A stretch of DNA of 64,000 nucleotides from Narcine bancroftii (GCF_036971445.1 NC_091473.1:206150001-206214000), one strand, 5' to 3'; positions 12,991-26,965 are shown, numbered from the stretch's first letter. Numbers and translations: made by a program. The notes: generated by a model not told the origin, from the sequence alone.

Positions 12991-14131
12991 GTGAATAGAG
13001 AAACATCCATACAGAAATACTTAATTAAGCTTTCAAATAAAGTTTATGAAGAGATTGGAGGAGAAGAGTTAATTTCAAGAAGAAAACCGTTATTTCAGAA
13101 TAAATTTATTGCACTTCCTATGGGAAATCAATTTTCAAAGATTTGTAAACATTATGGCATTAAGAAAATTGAAGGTTTTTTTTGTAGCTGGGATATTTAT
13201 TACTTTTAGTAGAATGATTGAAAATTTAAGATATTGCAAAATACTCGATTTTGTTCTTACCCAATTAAAAGATTTTTATCTGAATGTGTTGGTCAAGATT
13301 CAATATTACAAGCAGAAAGAAGGGCAGAATTTTGTTATTTCAAGTATTATCATTTTCTCTTACATCTATTCTTACTCTTTGGTACCCACCTTCGTATCTA
13401 GTTTCAATGCAGTTGTGCCTCTTTAGCGAACCTTCTTGCAAGAATATTTGTGACCCTCCAGTTCAGATTGAAAGTGTACCGTTGGAACAGGTCCCACCTT
13501 CCCTGGAAAACAGCCCTATGATCAATTTAAAGGAAACCCTCTCTTCTGCAGCTTACCTTCAGTGCTATACTTAAACGCAATGCAAGTGGCACTGGTAGCA
13601 ATCCTAAGATTGCTATCCGATAGGTCCTGTCCTTTAACCTAGCTCCTAATGTCCTAACTCACCTTTCAGAACCTCCGCACCCTTCCTGCCCCACATGGAC
13701 CACGGCATCACTCCCTCCTGAGTATCAGGAGAATTCTATACAATGCAGGCCAATGTGCGGAGCCTCGTGATGAGCATATCTTCCAATGTGAATACGCACT
13801 GTACATTTATTCCTCTGTATTAGAATACATCTCAGATTCCGTTTCTTGACTGTGTACTTCTGGATTACGTGTCACCTCCCAAATATAAACCTCATATACT
13901 GAATTAAACTTCATCTACTTTTACACCACCCACTAGCCCAACCGTTCAAGACGAAATATTTGACAAAGGTCTTCACAATCTAAAATTACAGACACTTCAG
14001 ATTCATCCAGAAATTTGATAAACCCGACACATACAGTTTCAATTAAATGATTGACGTAGGTCATAAACAGAAATGGTCCATGCACATAAGCAAATATACA
14101 AATTACGTCACCTCTAAGCTATTACCCAATT

Positions 14132-14910
14132 CTTTCTTTGGCTTGGCTTCACGGACGAAGATTTATGAAGGGGGTAAAAGTCCACGTCAGCTGCAGGCTC
14201 GTTTGTGGCTGACAAGTCCGATGCGGGACAGGCAGACATGGTTGCAGCAGCTGCAGGGGAAAATTGGTTGGTTGGGGTTGGGTGTTGGGTTTTTCCTCCT
14301 TTGCCTTTTGTCAGTGAGGTGGGCTCTGCGGTCTTCTTCAAAGGAGGTTGCTGCCCGCCAAACTGTGAGGCGCCTAGATGCACAGTTTGAGTCGATATCA
14401 GCCCACTGGCGGTGGTCAATGTGGCAAGCACCAAGAGATTTCTTTAGGCAGTCCTTGTACATTTTCTTTGGTGCACCTCTGTCACGGTGGCCAGTGGAGA
14501 GCTCGCCACATAACACAATCTTGGGAAGGCGATGGTCCTCCATTCTGGAGACGTGACCCATCCAGCGCAGCTGGATCTTCAGCAGCGTGGACTCGATGCT
14601 GTCGACCTCTGCCATCTCGAGTACTTCGACGTTAGGGATGAAAGCGCTCCAATGGATGTTGAGGATGGAGCGGAGACAACGCTGGTGGAAGCGTTCTAGG
14701 AGCCGTAGGTGATGCCGGTAGAGGGCCCATGATTCGGAGCCGAACAGGAGTGTGGGTATGACAACGGCTTTGTATACGCTTATCTTTGTGAGGTTTTTCA
14801 GTTGATTGTTTTTCCAGACTCTTTTGTGTAGTCTTCCAAAGGCACTATTTGCCTTGGCGAGTCTGTTGTCTATCTCATTGTCGATCCTTGCATTTGATGA
14901 AATGGTGCAG
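14132..14910 (-). mobile_element. RTE-clade LINE 3' fragment
   Basis: ORF 14187-14936 with C-terminal CxxC..H zinc motif; CCAATT duplicated at 14126-14131 and 14911-14916; empty site visible in paralogous cassettes (about 37825 and 55232). Confidence 0.9.
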
Positions 14911-15039
14911 CCAATTACATACTGGAGAAACACCATTTCGCAGAAAGAGGAAATTGCTCAGACATATCAGGGACTGGAACATATTATAAAGAATCACGTC
15001 TCTTCCATTAGGTCCGGCGGTAAGCACAGTGTTGAGACA

Positions 15040-15457
15040 CTGATCCTTACTACTGATTTCAATGCTCCACTGTGCTTTTCTCCAAAAACGCCTCCTGTGG
15101 GAACCTAAGTTTTGTTTCACTTCCGGATTTGTAAATTTCTGTGCTTTGATGTACGATCTTATGCGGACGCGACAGAAGAATAATGAAATGTTAGAATGAT
15201 GTTGAGTTACCTATCAGCAGTTATTGACGAGACTGTTATTTGGTTCATTTGGTGAACTGAAGAATAGTCAAAATATCTTCTTGAGGTATTGAGTAATTGA
15301 TTTGAAGAGCGATCACGATTCTCTAGTCCAGAGTTATGCTGGTTATCATAAGAGTTTCAGTTTATTCCTTAAGCTTTCTCTGTGATCCTTGTATTTGATG
15401 CCAAAGCGTTTGTGTGTGTGCCATGACGCCGCGAAGCAGCGGATCCGAACATAGACC
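15040..15457 (+). pseudogene. TCR V pseudogene, family B
   Basis: Homologous to the 38.0/40.7/46.0/55.4 kb copies: TGG TTC ATT TGG TGA in FR2, ...TGTGCCATGA at the 3' end, heptamer deleted, nonamer-like ACATAGACC at 15449-15457. Confidence 0.65.
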
Positions 15458-16160
15458 AATACCCGATTGTTCAAGTGAGCAGTCACCAAAAGTGACACTT
15501 CCTGGTCTAAAGACTAGTGATCAGACGCAGAGCAATTTCCTTCTGTTTATACCTGAATGAACATGGAATTTCATCGTTTTTCACGTCCAATTGGTTTCAA
15601 AATCAGGAGAAGATATTCTTTGATTCAACCAATCATATTCTGTAGCTGGTAAATGATTGACAATGCAAGAGATATTTTGGAATATGAAGGATATTGTACC
15701 TATTGTGTAATACGGAGGAGGTGTTAGTGTTGGGTGCTTGAGCTGACAGGAATGAAGAAAAGATAAAAGTGGAGTGAATATCCCATCGAGATCTAAATAC
15801 AGAAAACTTTTTTTCAGATTAGATACAATGATTTCCCTCTTGTCCATTTGGATTATAATGCACGTTTTACGTGGTGAGTTCATGTTTCGATGGCGTTGTT
15901 TTGATTATCTTCCTGAGTGCTCAGAGTTTCAAATTAATTATAATACCTTTATTGTCATTCATATTGTACAAAATACAAATGTGCAAATACATATATTCGT
16001 ATTTGGTGTAACCCAACGCCTAGCTGATAATAAACAACAGTATGCGTTAAATTAATTGTAAATAGATAATAAATATGAAAGATATGTGAATAAAAAATAT
16101 TCATAATTCCCATCGTGCAATAACATAAATGGGTTACAATAGTTTCTGAGAAATGTTGTT

Positions 16161-16388
16161 GACATCTTTGGCGATCATTCAATGTATCAGTATCAATCAC
16201 TTCAGTTGAAAGCCGAGGCAGGAAAAAGTTTAACATTGTATTGCCATTTTATGGTAGATCCAGTATCTGGGAGAATCAACCAAACATTGATTATGAATAT
16301 TCTGCAGAGCTGTCAGCTGATCTCATAGCCTGGTATGCTTTATTTTATCTTCATAATTCCTGTCTCAGACTTTGCCACGCATCATTGA
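16161..16388 (+). pseudogene. TCR V pseudogene, family C (internally deleted, no RSS)
   Basis: Translates IFGDHSMYQYQSLQLKAEAGKSLTLYCHF / W*IQYLGEST / IPVSDFAT across frameshifts; paralogous to the copy at 25817. Confidence 0.7.
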
Positions 16389-17141
16389 GTGTCTTTGAAT
16401 TGCCTCTATTTTTCATTCCTTTCTTCTATTGTTAGGGCGCCGGGCAATGCTCATGACGACACTTTGTTTGGCTTACAGCAGACAAAAATTGGAGTGCATC
16501 ACATTTTAATGTGGTAATATGTGAAAATAAAGGGAACATTTGAAACCAAAACTGTGGCAGATCAGTCGTCGTTTCGACCAAATTGGAACATCAAGACAGG
16601 CCACCGAGAGACCAACACTTACTTGATAAACAGAAGTACCTGCCTTTCTGCGGCAAGTAATAATTTCCGTGCACTAATTAGTTGCACATTGCAGATAACA
16701 ATGAACGTACTATCACTCGCTTTTATGAAGTGTATCTGTTCATCAACAAAAACTGTTACTCATAGTTTACATGTTTTTATGCCCCTTCGACAACATGTCC
16801 AGAACTCACTCTCTTGCGACATTTCAAGCAAAGCTACATAGAATTATAATGAGCAATTACCTAATTGGCATTCTTATCTGGGTAACTAGGTCGTTATATA
16901 TTACAGCACTTGGAATTACCTTTGTGCTGAGAAGGCGTCTCTCCTTGATTCCAGCTCCCGCAGAGAGAATCATCACAGGCAAAGGATAAAAGCTCCTGCT
17001 CAAGTTACGTCGGTTTTGAGATAGCAGATAACGAATGACCAGGGAAACGCCTTTAGCTTCCCCGGGAGAAGTGCATAGATGTTATCTTCCTTTCCTCACA
17101 GCAACATGATACGATTCATTTTTTATTCCAAATCTGGCATC

Positions 17142-17558
17142 AAATCCTCCGTCTGATACATAATGTTTGTAATGTCTGTGTACTCCCATAAGTATTTGTC
17201 TTAAAGTCTCCTATGCCCACCTTGACATGCGTCCACATCGCTCACAATTTCTGTGGTTTTTTGCAGGTTCCAATGGCGCCGATACAAAGAACCAATATCC
17301 ACTTGAGCTGAGTATTGAAGATTTACAAAATGTAACTGAACTACTGTTACTCGGCAGCACTATCTGATTTCAGCATCTTCCGATTCCCGCAGTATCCCGG
17401 AGAAACACCAGTCTATGTACCGAAGATTTTGCCTATTGCATACAGAGACTGGTTGCCTAAATTCACAGTTAGGTGTTTTGCTGTGTATCAGAATTAAACT
17501 CTGTTGATACATTTGCTACATTGCTCCGTCGTCATCTCAGCCGAGTATGAGTGTCTTC
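17142..17558 (+). pseudogene. TCR V pseudogene, family D, 5' part (split by L1; 3' end and RSS at 24206-24262)
   Basis: Degenerate leader (TGA at codon 5, donor mutated to ATAAGT), acceptor TTGCAG ending 17266, then SNGADTKNQYPLELSIEDLQNVT / LNYCYS...QYPGETPVYVPKIL...SVVIS. Confidence 0.75.
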
Positions 17559-20500
17559 TTAAAAACAAACTTTGTTTAATATTTTCAAAACAAAAACTTT
17601 AACAAAGTCCATAATATAAAAATGAAAACTACAACTATCCCACCCCGTTCCACCCACCCTCAGCAAACCCCACAAGCGAAGCATTAAGATAATAATTAAA
17701 AAAAAAACATACGTACAGCAGTTTAAGATATTACTAAATTCATACATTTCAAATAAGGCGACTACATCTTAACACCAAAGTCATAATTATCATGCAAATT
17801 ATATGTTATTTTCTCCATAGAAATACAGGACCTTAACTCGTTATGCCAACAATTTACATATAGCTCAAGTTCGACTTTCCAAGAAATCGCAACATATTTA
17901 CATGCTATAACCAATGCTACACGTAAAAATGCTGTCAGAATCTTATCTATCCACAAATCCATAAATGGAGCAGTATAATAAAACAATTTTTGTTGTATTT
18001 AACAAAAATTGGATTTTATACAAACTTTATGCCAAAATGATTGAATTTTATCACAAAGCCAAAGAGAATGTAAAAATGTTCTAAAACACGACTCTGAATT
18101 ACTAATACATATATTATTCAATTTCGCAGGGGGTTAGATATAACTGATGCAAAAATATAATTAATCATACTATATCTTAGTTTAAACCATCACACCATCA
18201 AAATACATGGACTCACAATCGGCCTGATTAATATCACAAGTTAAATCATTTTCCCATTTAATCCTTAATTTATCTAAATTTATTTTATCAATCGGGTCTT
18301 GTAACAACGCCTACATCAAATAAATAAAACCCTTATTTGAAAAAATGAGAAATCATAAACACAAATTTCGTTAACTTCGAGTTTAATTTCTCTTCCAAAA
18401 TTATCTTTCACTACCACTCTAACTTGATAATAAACAAACAAAGAATTCACTGAAATTCCAAATTTCTCTCTACATTGATTAAATGATAACAATCTTTCAA
18501 CGACTTAATTTCATTAGTCTGCCATTCTTTTAGAAATCTATTATTCAATGTAAAGGTAATTAATTAATTTTGATATATTGGGGCTTGAACCGATACTTTA
18601 TATTTTGAGCCTATTAATAAATTTCCTTTAGTCCAAATCTCTAACAAATGTTTTAAAATTGGTAAATTATATGTCTGTAATAAAACAGAATTCCACTTAA
18701 CTACAAATTGACGTGAATAAGATTCAGATATACCAGCCATTCCTACCCAGGCCCAACTCTTTGGCTTGGCGTCGCGGATGAAGATTTGTGGAGGGTAAAT
18801 GTTCACGTCAGCTGCAGGCTCATTTGTGGCTGACAAGTCCGATGTGGGACAGGCAGACACGGATGCAGCGGTTGCAGGGGTAAATTGGTTGGTTGGGGTT
18901 GGATGTTGGGTTTTTCCTCCTTTGTCTTTTGTCAGTGAGCTGGGCTCTGCAGTCTTCTTCAAAGGAGGTTGCTGCCCGCCGATCTGTAAGTCGCCAAGAT
19001 GCACGGTTGGAGGCGATATCAGCCCACTGGCAGTGGTCAATGTGGCAGGTACAAAGAGATTTCTTTAGGTAGTCCTTGTACCTCTTCTTTGATGCATCTA
19101 TGTCACGGTGGTCAGTGGAGAGCTCGCTATATAACATGATCTTGGGAAGGCGATGGTCCTCCATTCTGGGGACATACCTACCCAGCGCAGTTGGCTGTTC
19201 AGCAGCGTGGATTCGATGCTGTCGGCCTCTGCCATCTCGAGTACTTCGATGTTAGGGATGAAGTCGCTGCAATGAATGTTGAGGATGGAGCGGACACAAT
19301 GCTGGTGGAAGCATTCTCGGAGACATAGGTGATGCAAGTAGAGGACCCATGATTCGGAACCGAACAGGAGTGTGGGTATGACAACGGCTCTGTATACGCT
19401 AATCTTTGTGAGGTATTTCAGTTGGTTGTTTTTCCAGAACCTTTTGTGTAGTCTTCCAAAGGCGCTATTTGCCTTGGCGAGTCTGTTGTCTATCTCGTTG
19501 TCGATCCTTGCATCCAATTAAATGGTGCAGCCGAGATAGGTAAACTGGTTGACCGTTTTGAGTTTTGTGAGCCCGATGGAGATGTGGGGTAGACGAAACA
19601 TCCAGCCTACGGTTAATAAATCTTAATTGAGCTGCTTCATAATAATTTTGAAAATAAAGTAATTGCAAACCTCCCAAAGCATATTTACAAGTAAATATAT
19701 GTATTGCTACTCTGGCTTATTTTCCCTTCCATAAAAATTCTCGAACTACTTTCTTTAAATCCTGAAAAAAGATTTCGAATGTAAACAAGGAATTGACTGG
19801 AAAAGATACTGAATTCGCGGAAAGATATTCATCTTAATACAAATCACTCGCTCTATTAATGGCAGATCTATTAATCCTTCCATTTAATAAAATCTACGTT
19901 AATCTCTTGCATTAATGGTACACAGTTTGAATTATACAATGATTGAATATTGACATCAATCATTATCCCTAAATACTTAATTTTATCAGTCCAACTGCGT
20001 TTAGTAACTCGTCTACATTGGGCATAATTTCCCTCAGAATTTGGTAATTTTTCACTATTATCCCAATTCACTTTATATCCTGATAATTTACTAATTTTTT
20101 AAAAAAATTCTTGCAAATAAATTAAAGATCGTTCCAGATTAGTGACATATATCAAATGGTCATCAGCAAAATAAGTAGTTCATCGTCTCTTACCCTTATA
20201 CCTGTAATATTCTCATTCTGACTAATAGCTTGAGCCAGCGGTTCCATGACCAATGCAAATAGAGCTGGTGACAAAGTACAACCTTGAGGAGTTGAATGCA
20301 ATAATTTAAAGAAAGAATTGGTTTGACCAGTTTTTGAAACCAAAGCAACGGGACTATTACATAACGCCTTCATCCAACTAATAAAAACGGTCCAAAATTA
20401 TATTCATCCAAAGCCTTAGATAGAAAATTCCATTAGACCCTATCAAAAGCTTTTTCAGCACCTAGAGCAACTATTATTGATAGGTTAGGTTGCTGATGTG

Positions 20501-23500
20501 AAGCGTTGGTCAGCGAAATCACTGTAAAAATATTGACAGAGGCACACCTATCTTAAATAAAACCAGCCTGATCAGCATGTACCAATTGTAGTAAATACTT
20601 AGCAAGTTTATGCGCCAAAAATTTCATATTTATTTTGTAATCTACATTTAATAAAGAGATTGGCTGATATGAAGCTACATTCAGAGGATCTCTATCTTCT
20701 TTGGTATTACCATTATTATTGAACTTAGACATGAGTCTCGTAAAATTTTCTCGTGTTACCCGATCAAGAACATCCATAAATAAAGAAGACAAATCATCAT
20801 AAAAATTTATAAAATTCAACATCATCTCCTGGAGATTTCCCGGTAGGCATTTTTTGAATAACATCCTTATTTTTTTCTAAGTCTGTAAAAATAGAATCCA
20901 GTTTCCTCACATCACCTTCCCCTAATATTAGCAAATTTAATTCTGTCAAAAAATATTCAATGGAACCATCATCTCGAACTCCCTCAGAATCATATATTGG
21001 CTAGTAAAATGATTAAAATTGGTCATTGATTTCCTGAGGTTTAAAAGTAACTGGGCTATCCTTTGTCAGAGCGTTAATAGTTCTCGATGCTATTTTTCTG
21101 TTTTCAATTGCCAGACTAAAACTTTATGGGCTCTGTCCCCAACTAATAATAACGTTGCTTAGATCTTTGAATCAAACTTGCAAATTGATATGTTTGTCAT
21201 GTATTATATCATATCTTGAATTTAGTCAAAGCTCACTTATTATCCTCCGTACAATTCCTCTGAAATTATTTTTTCAAATCAACTATCCGTTTTTCTTCAC
21301 CAAAAATGTCTTATTTTCCTTTCATTCATAGCTAATAGTTTGACCACGTAAAAACGCCTTCAAAGCATCCCATAAAGTAAAATTACTCTCAACTGTATTC
21401 AAATCAAGAAAAGAAACAATTTGATCCTTAATGAATTTTACAAATTCCGTTTTTTTTCAATAACATTGCATCAAACCTCCACGGAAAAATTGATTGAATT
21501 ACTTCCGTCCCAACACAAGAAATAAATAACAATGTATGATCAGAAATTATTCAACTCTTATATTCAGCTTGAATAAACCGAGATTGCAAACGTGCTGATG
21601 CCAAAAAGAAGTCAATCCTTGAAAATGAATCATGACACGAATAAAAAAAATGAAAAATCTTTTTCAGTAGGATGTAACCTTCTCCAAACCTCTATCAAAT
21701 TTACGACTTTCATCACAGAAACCACTTGGACGGCTGCTTTTGAATTTTTCATGATTTTCTGAGATTTAACCAATAATGGATCTAATACACAATTGAAATC
21801 TTACCCAATCAAAATATTTTCTTCAGCATGACTTAGAGTTTAAAAAAAGCTTCAGACACAAATTGTTCATCGACAACATTAAGTGCATATACATTCAACA
21901 AGGACCATGACTCAGAAAATAATTTTCAATTAATCATGGAGATTTGGCCAACTGTTCTCACCAAAGATTCAGTTTCAAATGGTATTTTCTTGTGAATCAA
22001 AATCGCCACTGCTCTTGCTTTCGAATTGAAAGAGGATTTAATTAAATGACCAACCCAGTCTCTCTTCAATTTTAAATGTTATTTTTCAGTTAAACGAATT
22101 TCCTGCAAAAAAATCAATATCGACTTTCATTTTCTAATATAGACTAAAACACGTTTATGATTAATAGAGTTATTTAAACACTCCACATTAAATGTTGCAA
22201 AATTCAAACTAGACTTTATTATCAGAATAAAATAATAAACCCTCCTTATATTTCTTCACTGTATAAAATATCCTCTCCTTAAGAAGAAAAATTAAAGCAC
22301 CCCTTGCTAAATAGCCCCTAAATCAAACAGCCACTAAACACCCCCGAACAAATAAAGCTTACACAAAGAAATGTTTTTCTTGGAAAAAAAAGTAGAAACT
22401 ACAAAAGTAGTAAATCCCCACTTAACTGGGTGTGGAAATAAATATAATACCCCCACAGGTGGTGGATGAATTCGAAAAGCTTCAGCGACATCCACACCCC
22501 CAACCAGACTTACAAAATTATAAGTCTATGTCAGCTCACAACCGCAATGGATTCAATCCCAAGGCTTTATCTGGATCATCAATATCAATCAAACTCTTTG
22601 GCATATTTGCCTTCCCATTCCCATTTCCATTCTTCATATCAGATGTGTCCCTAAAGAATGCCTTTCAGTAGCCCTGTCTAGCAAAGAATGATCAACAATT
22701 AAAGCATCATGATCACTCTCAAAAACTGTGATTGTAAATTACAATAAAACTCTTCATAACTACAGGTTTAGTGTATCTAAAATAAAAATTAAATCCCTTC
22801 ATTGAAAGCACTTCTTTGGCAGAGTTAAATTCTTTACGCCTTTTCATAATTTCTTGACTTAAATCCGGGTAAAAGAAAACCTTATTTCCTTGTACCATTA
22901 ACGGAATTTGATATCTATGTGCATTTTGTTCTGTGACTCTCAAAATAGTTTCCATGTCTTGATTCCATAAACAACAAATCAAAATAGCTCATGGAGATTG
23001 ACCCGGATATGGTTTGCTTCTTCAAGCTCTCTGTGCTCTAATTCCAAACCATCTGGAAATAATTCAAATCCCTATGCTTCAGGGATTCAATTAAAATAAA
23101 TATTGGATCTGAACCCTCAATTCCTTCAGAATTCACACTATTTTGATATTATTCCGGCAGATTGTTTTTCCAAGGTGTCTATCTTCTTCAATAAGTCCTT
23201 CTTCTGAATTTTCTATCCAACAAAGGAATCTTCCACTTTTTTCTATTTTTCTTTATTACGTTCTATTTGTTCTATACAGTCTTGAAATGCACCTTACACT
23301 TTCTTAAAATTGTCTTGAACTTTATCCAGCATATTCAAGTATCTTAACAGTAGAAACTTCTTCACAAATATTATTCATTATTTCAAACATGTTCATAAAT
23401 CTACGATCAATCTGACTCGACATTTGTGATGACATATTTCCCATAAGATGAGGTATAGATTCCAAAATTGTAAAAACAGCATCAAATATAGTGTCACTAG

Positions 23501-24205
23501 TCTCTCCTTGAGCCCTACTTTCTTTCACATCAGTTGCAATCAATGATTCTTCTTCCATTGCTTCAGTTTGAAAATAAGTTTTCCCTTGTTGTTCTTTTAA
23601 TTCTATAAACGATTTTGGCACTTTGCTTCTGGTCTGCATGCCTACAGACCCAATCCCGAAATGATCAGCCCATTGCCTACCAACTTTGCTGACAGCCCAA
23701 ACTCTATCAAGAAGATCGCGGAACCGGGACGCACCATGCATGCCCAGCAGCATCGGGACCCGTGTATGCGCGTCTTACAAGATGCCTTATCGGGCCAGCG
23801 CACTGCTGGGACCCACAGTGAGGTCGCACTTCGGGCCTAACACTGTAGACTCACGCAACTATACAGTGCGCCAGATATCACGAGCCCGCTGATCAAGGTA
23901 TGAAGAAAAATTTGGAAGTGTTGGGGTAATGCTTAAGCAAGCTGGCGTGTGTGGCTGCTTTGGTGGCTGTCCATTCCACTTGGTAAGTCGGCCTCATTTC
24001 TTCGCTACTCTTAAAAGAATGTTTCTTCTGAATCTGTGCTTTTGATTTATTTGTGTGATCAGCCATTATAGTCTTTTAACATTCAGACAACTTAAAAGCA
24101 AACTTTCAAGAGTTTTTTTAGTACTATAATTCGGATACTTATTAGTCCAACTGGGGGTAGACCGAATGACATTTCTTCTTCCTTCGCCATCAGGCCACGT
24201 CCCCC
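17559..24205 (-). mobile_element. Full-length but decayed L1-clade LINE (5' UTR, ORF1, ORF2, 3' UTR)
   Basis: 5' end GGGGGACGTGGCCTGATGGCG at 24205; ORF1 remnant FFYPDLSQEIMKRRKEFN; ORF2 remnants (YQPISLLNVDYK, QGCTLSPALF, KYLGI); degenerate TSD TATGAGTGTCTTC / TATATGTGTCTTT. Confidence 0.85.
18758..19588 (-). mobile_element. RTE-clade LINE 3' fragment nested in L1
   Basis: DARIDNEIDNRLAKANSAFGRLHKR.. and EDHRLPK ORFs; same 3' end as the other RTE copies. Confidence 0.9.
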
Positions 24206-24262
24206 ATATATGTGTCTTTAGCTCCACATGCGGCAGCGTAGCAACAAATCCGATCAAAGAAA
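24206..24262 (+). pseudogene. 3' end and degenerate 23-RSS of the L1-split V
   Basis: CACATG (one T lost) + 23-nt spacer CGGCAGCGTAGCAACAAATCCGA + TCAAAGAAA; clearly homologous to the RSS of the intact V (CACATTG-CGGCATAAAGGCAGAAAATCCGC-TCAATAACA). Confidence 0.7.
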
Positions 24263-25808
24263 AAGCTCAGATTTTCCAGCGAACACCGACTAGTGGGCCC
24301 AGCCAGGTAAACCAAGGTTAATCAAAGGTCTGCAATACCATAACCGGAAGCACTTCAGCGTTCACAGCAAAGTTAACATTGCATCAATTGAAGTCAATAA
24401 AATAAGGAATTAAGCAACAAGAACGAAGAAAAAGAAACAGAGGTGAGCGTTACAGTTTTTTTTGTTTAATGTCAGTTTGATTTCAGCACACAAGGCCAGT
24501 CAAGGTAATACTTGGAAGCAAATATCGCTGCTGTTGACATCAAGACCGATGAAACAGAAAGATCAGCTTCCATTCCTCGCATCTTTCAAGCGAATATACA
24601 GTCTCTGGAAAATAAAATAAATGAGAGGAATTGAGCGAACAGAGTTACAGGAAGAATCACACAGATATAAGGATGCGGCAATTTCTGCTTCATGGTTCAT
24701 ATCTCCTTCAGCTTGGATGAGGTGATGCTCTTCAGGGGCGCTTCCTTTTTGTAAACCAGAATTGAAGTTCTCACCTTTCATCCACGTCGGAATTTTTTTG
24801 CCATGTGAGATGGTAGTGAGAATGCTGAACGACCAAATGAACTGCTCACCCTTGCATCCGAGACTGTCATTTTCATGAAACAATATTTATTGTTTGTCTG
24901 TATGTATACACTTATATGACTTTTACACTTGTATCTCATATACTAATACACTCATATCTTTTTATATATATGGAATGAAAATACACTCGTCTAAATAAAT
25001 TTCACTTTCAAATATCTAACAAAAAATGTAGGTTTAGGTCTACCAATCAAGTTGCTATTACTGGGCAGTGAACATACGAAATATTACTTTTTGCTCATAT
25101 TATAATAACCATGAAGTATGTCCAATATGGGTCTCCTTGCAAAGTAATTCTGATACAAAAATTTGTATTATCTATCTTTTTGGATCTTCGCTTGCCATAT
25201 CTTTAAATAAATGAAATGGTGCTACTGAAGTAAACATACTTTGAGGATATGGATACATTTTAGTAAACAGTTGCGTTTATTGCGATTTTCCCTTTCTCGT
25301 TCTTTTTTTCTAACTATTTTTAAACCTTCTATGATTGACGTAGCTTTTAAATGATAGCATAGATCAGGTATTAAATGTTTCGAAGATATATTTGTTGAGG
25401 GGTGTCCCTCTTCCTTCAACTAAATATAGTTCACTAAATACACGTTGTTGTTTCCTATAGATCATAGATTTGTTTCCGATTCCAATTGCATACATTTCCT
25501 AATAGCTTTAATAAGAATTTAGAAGATATAAGTTTTAAGATTAAACCATTATATAATCATTCAACATCTACCATTTATGGTATGCTGTTGGGAACACGTG
25601 TGGTTCCTTTGAATAAAGTTTAAACAATAACCTAGGAACAAGACCTAGAGTTTTCAAATTCGCAAGAAATTTGGAAAATAATTTTTAAAATTTGGTTAAT
25701 ATTTCATCTTGATGTGCTCGCCACGCTCTCCTACAATTTAAATTATGAATATTGAAAATTTCTATCGTGCAAGAAAATAATTGCATAACTAAATTTTTTT
25801 TCAAAATA

Positions 25809-26085
25809 TGGTTCACGACTTTGGTGATGTTTCAATACCTGAGAGTCACTTCAGATAACAGCCAGAGAAGGGAAAATCGTAAGACTCCACTGCCGTTACC
25901 CTCCTGCCCTGATAACCCACACTGTGTAGTAGTACATCCTAAATCCTGAAGAATTACGCAGATATCTACTACCGAGCAGTCAGATGAATTCAGAGCCAGT
26001 TATTCTTGATTTCTATTTGAAATAAACATTACAGATCTTTTTTATTATCTCTGACGCCGCTGTCTCTGACCTTGCGACATTAGAA
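25809..26085 (+). pseudogene. TCR V pseudogene, family C
   Basis: DFGDVSI.. / QITAREGKIVRLHCRYPPALITHTV**YILNPEELRRYLL / IISDAAVSDLAT; no RSS; flanks match those of the 16.2 kb copy. Confidence 0.72.
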
Positions 26086-26965
26086 CTCAGTGTTTCCGAA
26101 GGTATTCTCTTTTCATTTCTTTCTCCTATTATTAGGGGCACAGGTATTGTTTATGCAGACTCTTTGTTTATATCAAGGCAGAAAAAAGTTGACGTCGGTA
26201 CATTTAATTTTTAAATAGGCAATTAAGATACAACAAATGGAAAGGCTGATCCTTTGAAACCAACACTGTGACAGATTAGTGGTGAATCGGAAAATTAAGG
26301 TATCACTGCAGTTCCACCCATAAACCAAGACTGACCTACTAAACATAAGAACCTGTTCTTATGCAGAAAGTAATAATATCGGTGCACAAATAAATTGTAC
26401 CTTGTGGATGACAATGGACGCACTTTCATTCGCATTATTAAAAACATGAATTCAGAAATAGATTTAGATTTAGGCATTGAAAAGAAAAATGACTATTAAA
26501 TATATCTGTTGCATGAATTGGTGATGAAATCCACCTCACAGTTTACATATTTTTATGTCTCTTCCTCAACTAGTCCAACACCCTCTCTCTTGCAATAATT
26601 GAAGGAAAGACATATGAAATAATCATGAAGATTTTCCTGATTGATAATCTTATGTATGTACTTATATACTTATATATGCCTGCTTTCACTGATATGTGCT
26701 TTAATAAGGCGTCTAATAAGGCCTCTAATAAGGCATCTCTTCTTGATTCTATCACTCTACCAGAGTGAGCCCACATAGGTAAAGGAGAGTGTACTTGTTC
26801 AGATTAGGTCGGTTGTGAGATACAATTTATGAATTATCAACTAAATACCCGTAATATCTCGAGGAGAAGAGTATGATCCTAACCTCCATTCCCTCGCAGC
26901 AACGTGATTGGACGCAGAAGCATTATCGTATGGATTTGAGGAGAATTGTTTACAAACCAAACACC

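Larger units (their letters stand above)
7020..13330 (+). mobile_element. Degenerate L1-clade ORF2 carrying nested RTE insertions
   Basis: FNSKAKGVAILIK, YYELG, KSSGEEG, CPLSPALF, LFADD and GLQFPNF remnants with many stops. Confidence 0.75.

Noticed and set aside
24455-24890. Minus-strand V-like motif (QKGSAPE..EGD) with possible RSS CCTTGTG/23/ACAAAAAAA
   Set aside because: No recognisable cysteines or YxC motif, and the FR2-to-RSS distance is too long; not supportable without an HMM search.
25918-25926. Heptamer-like CACACTGTG inside a V pseudogene
   Set aside because: No nonamer at 12 or 23 nt spacing; likely chance.
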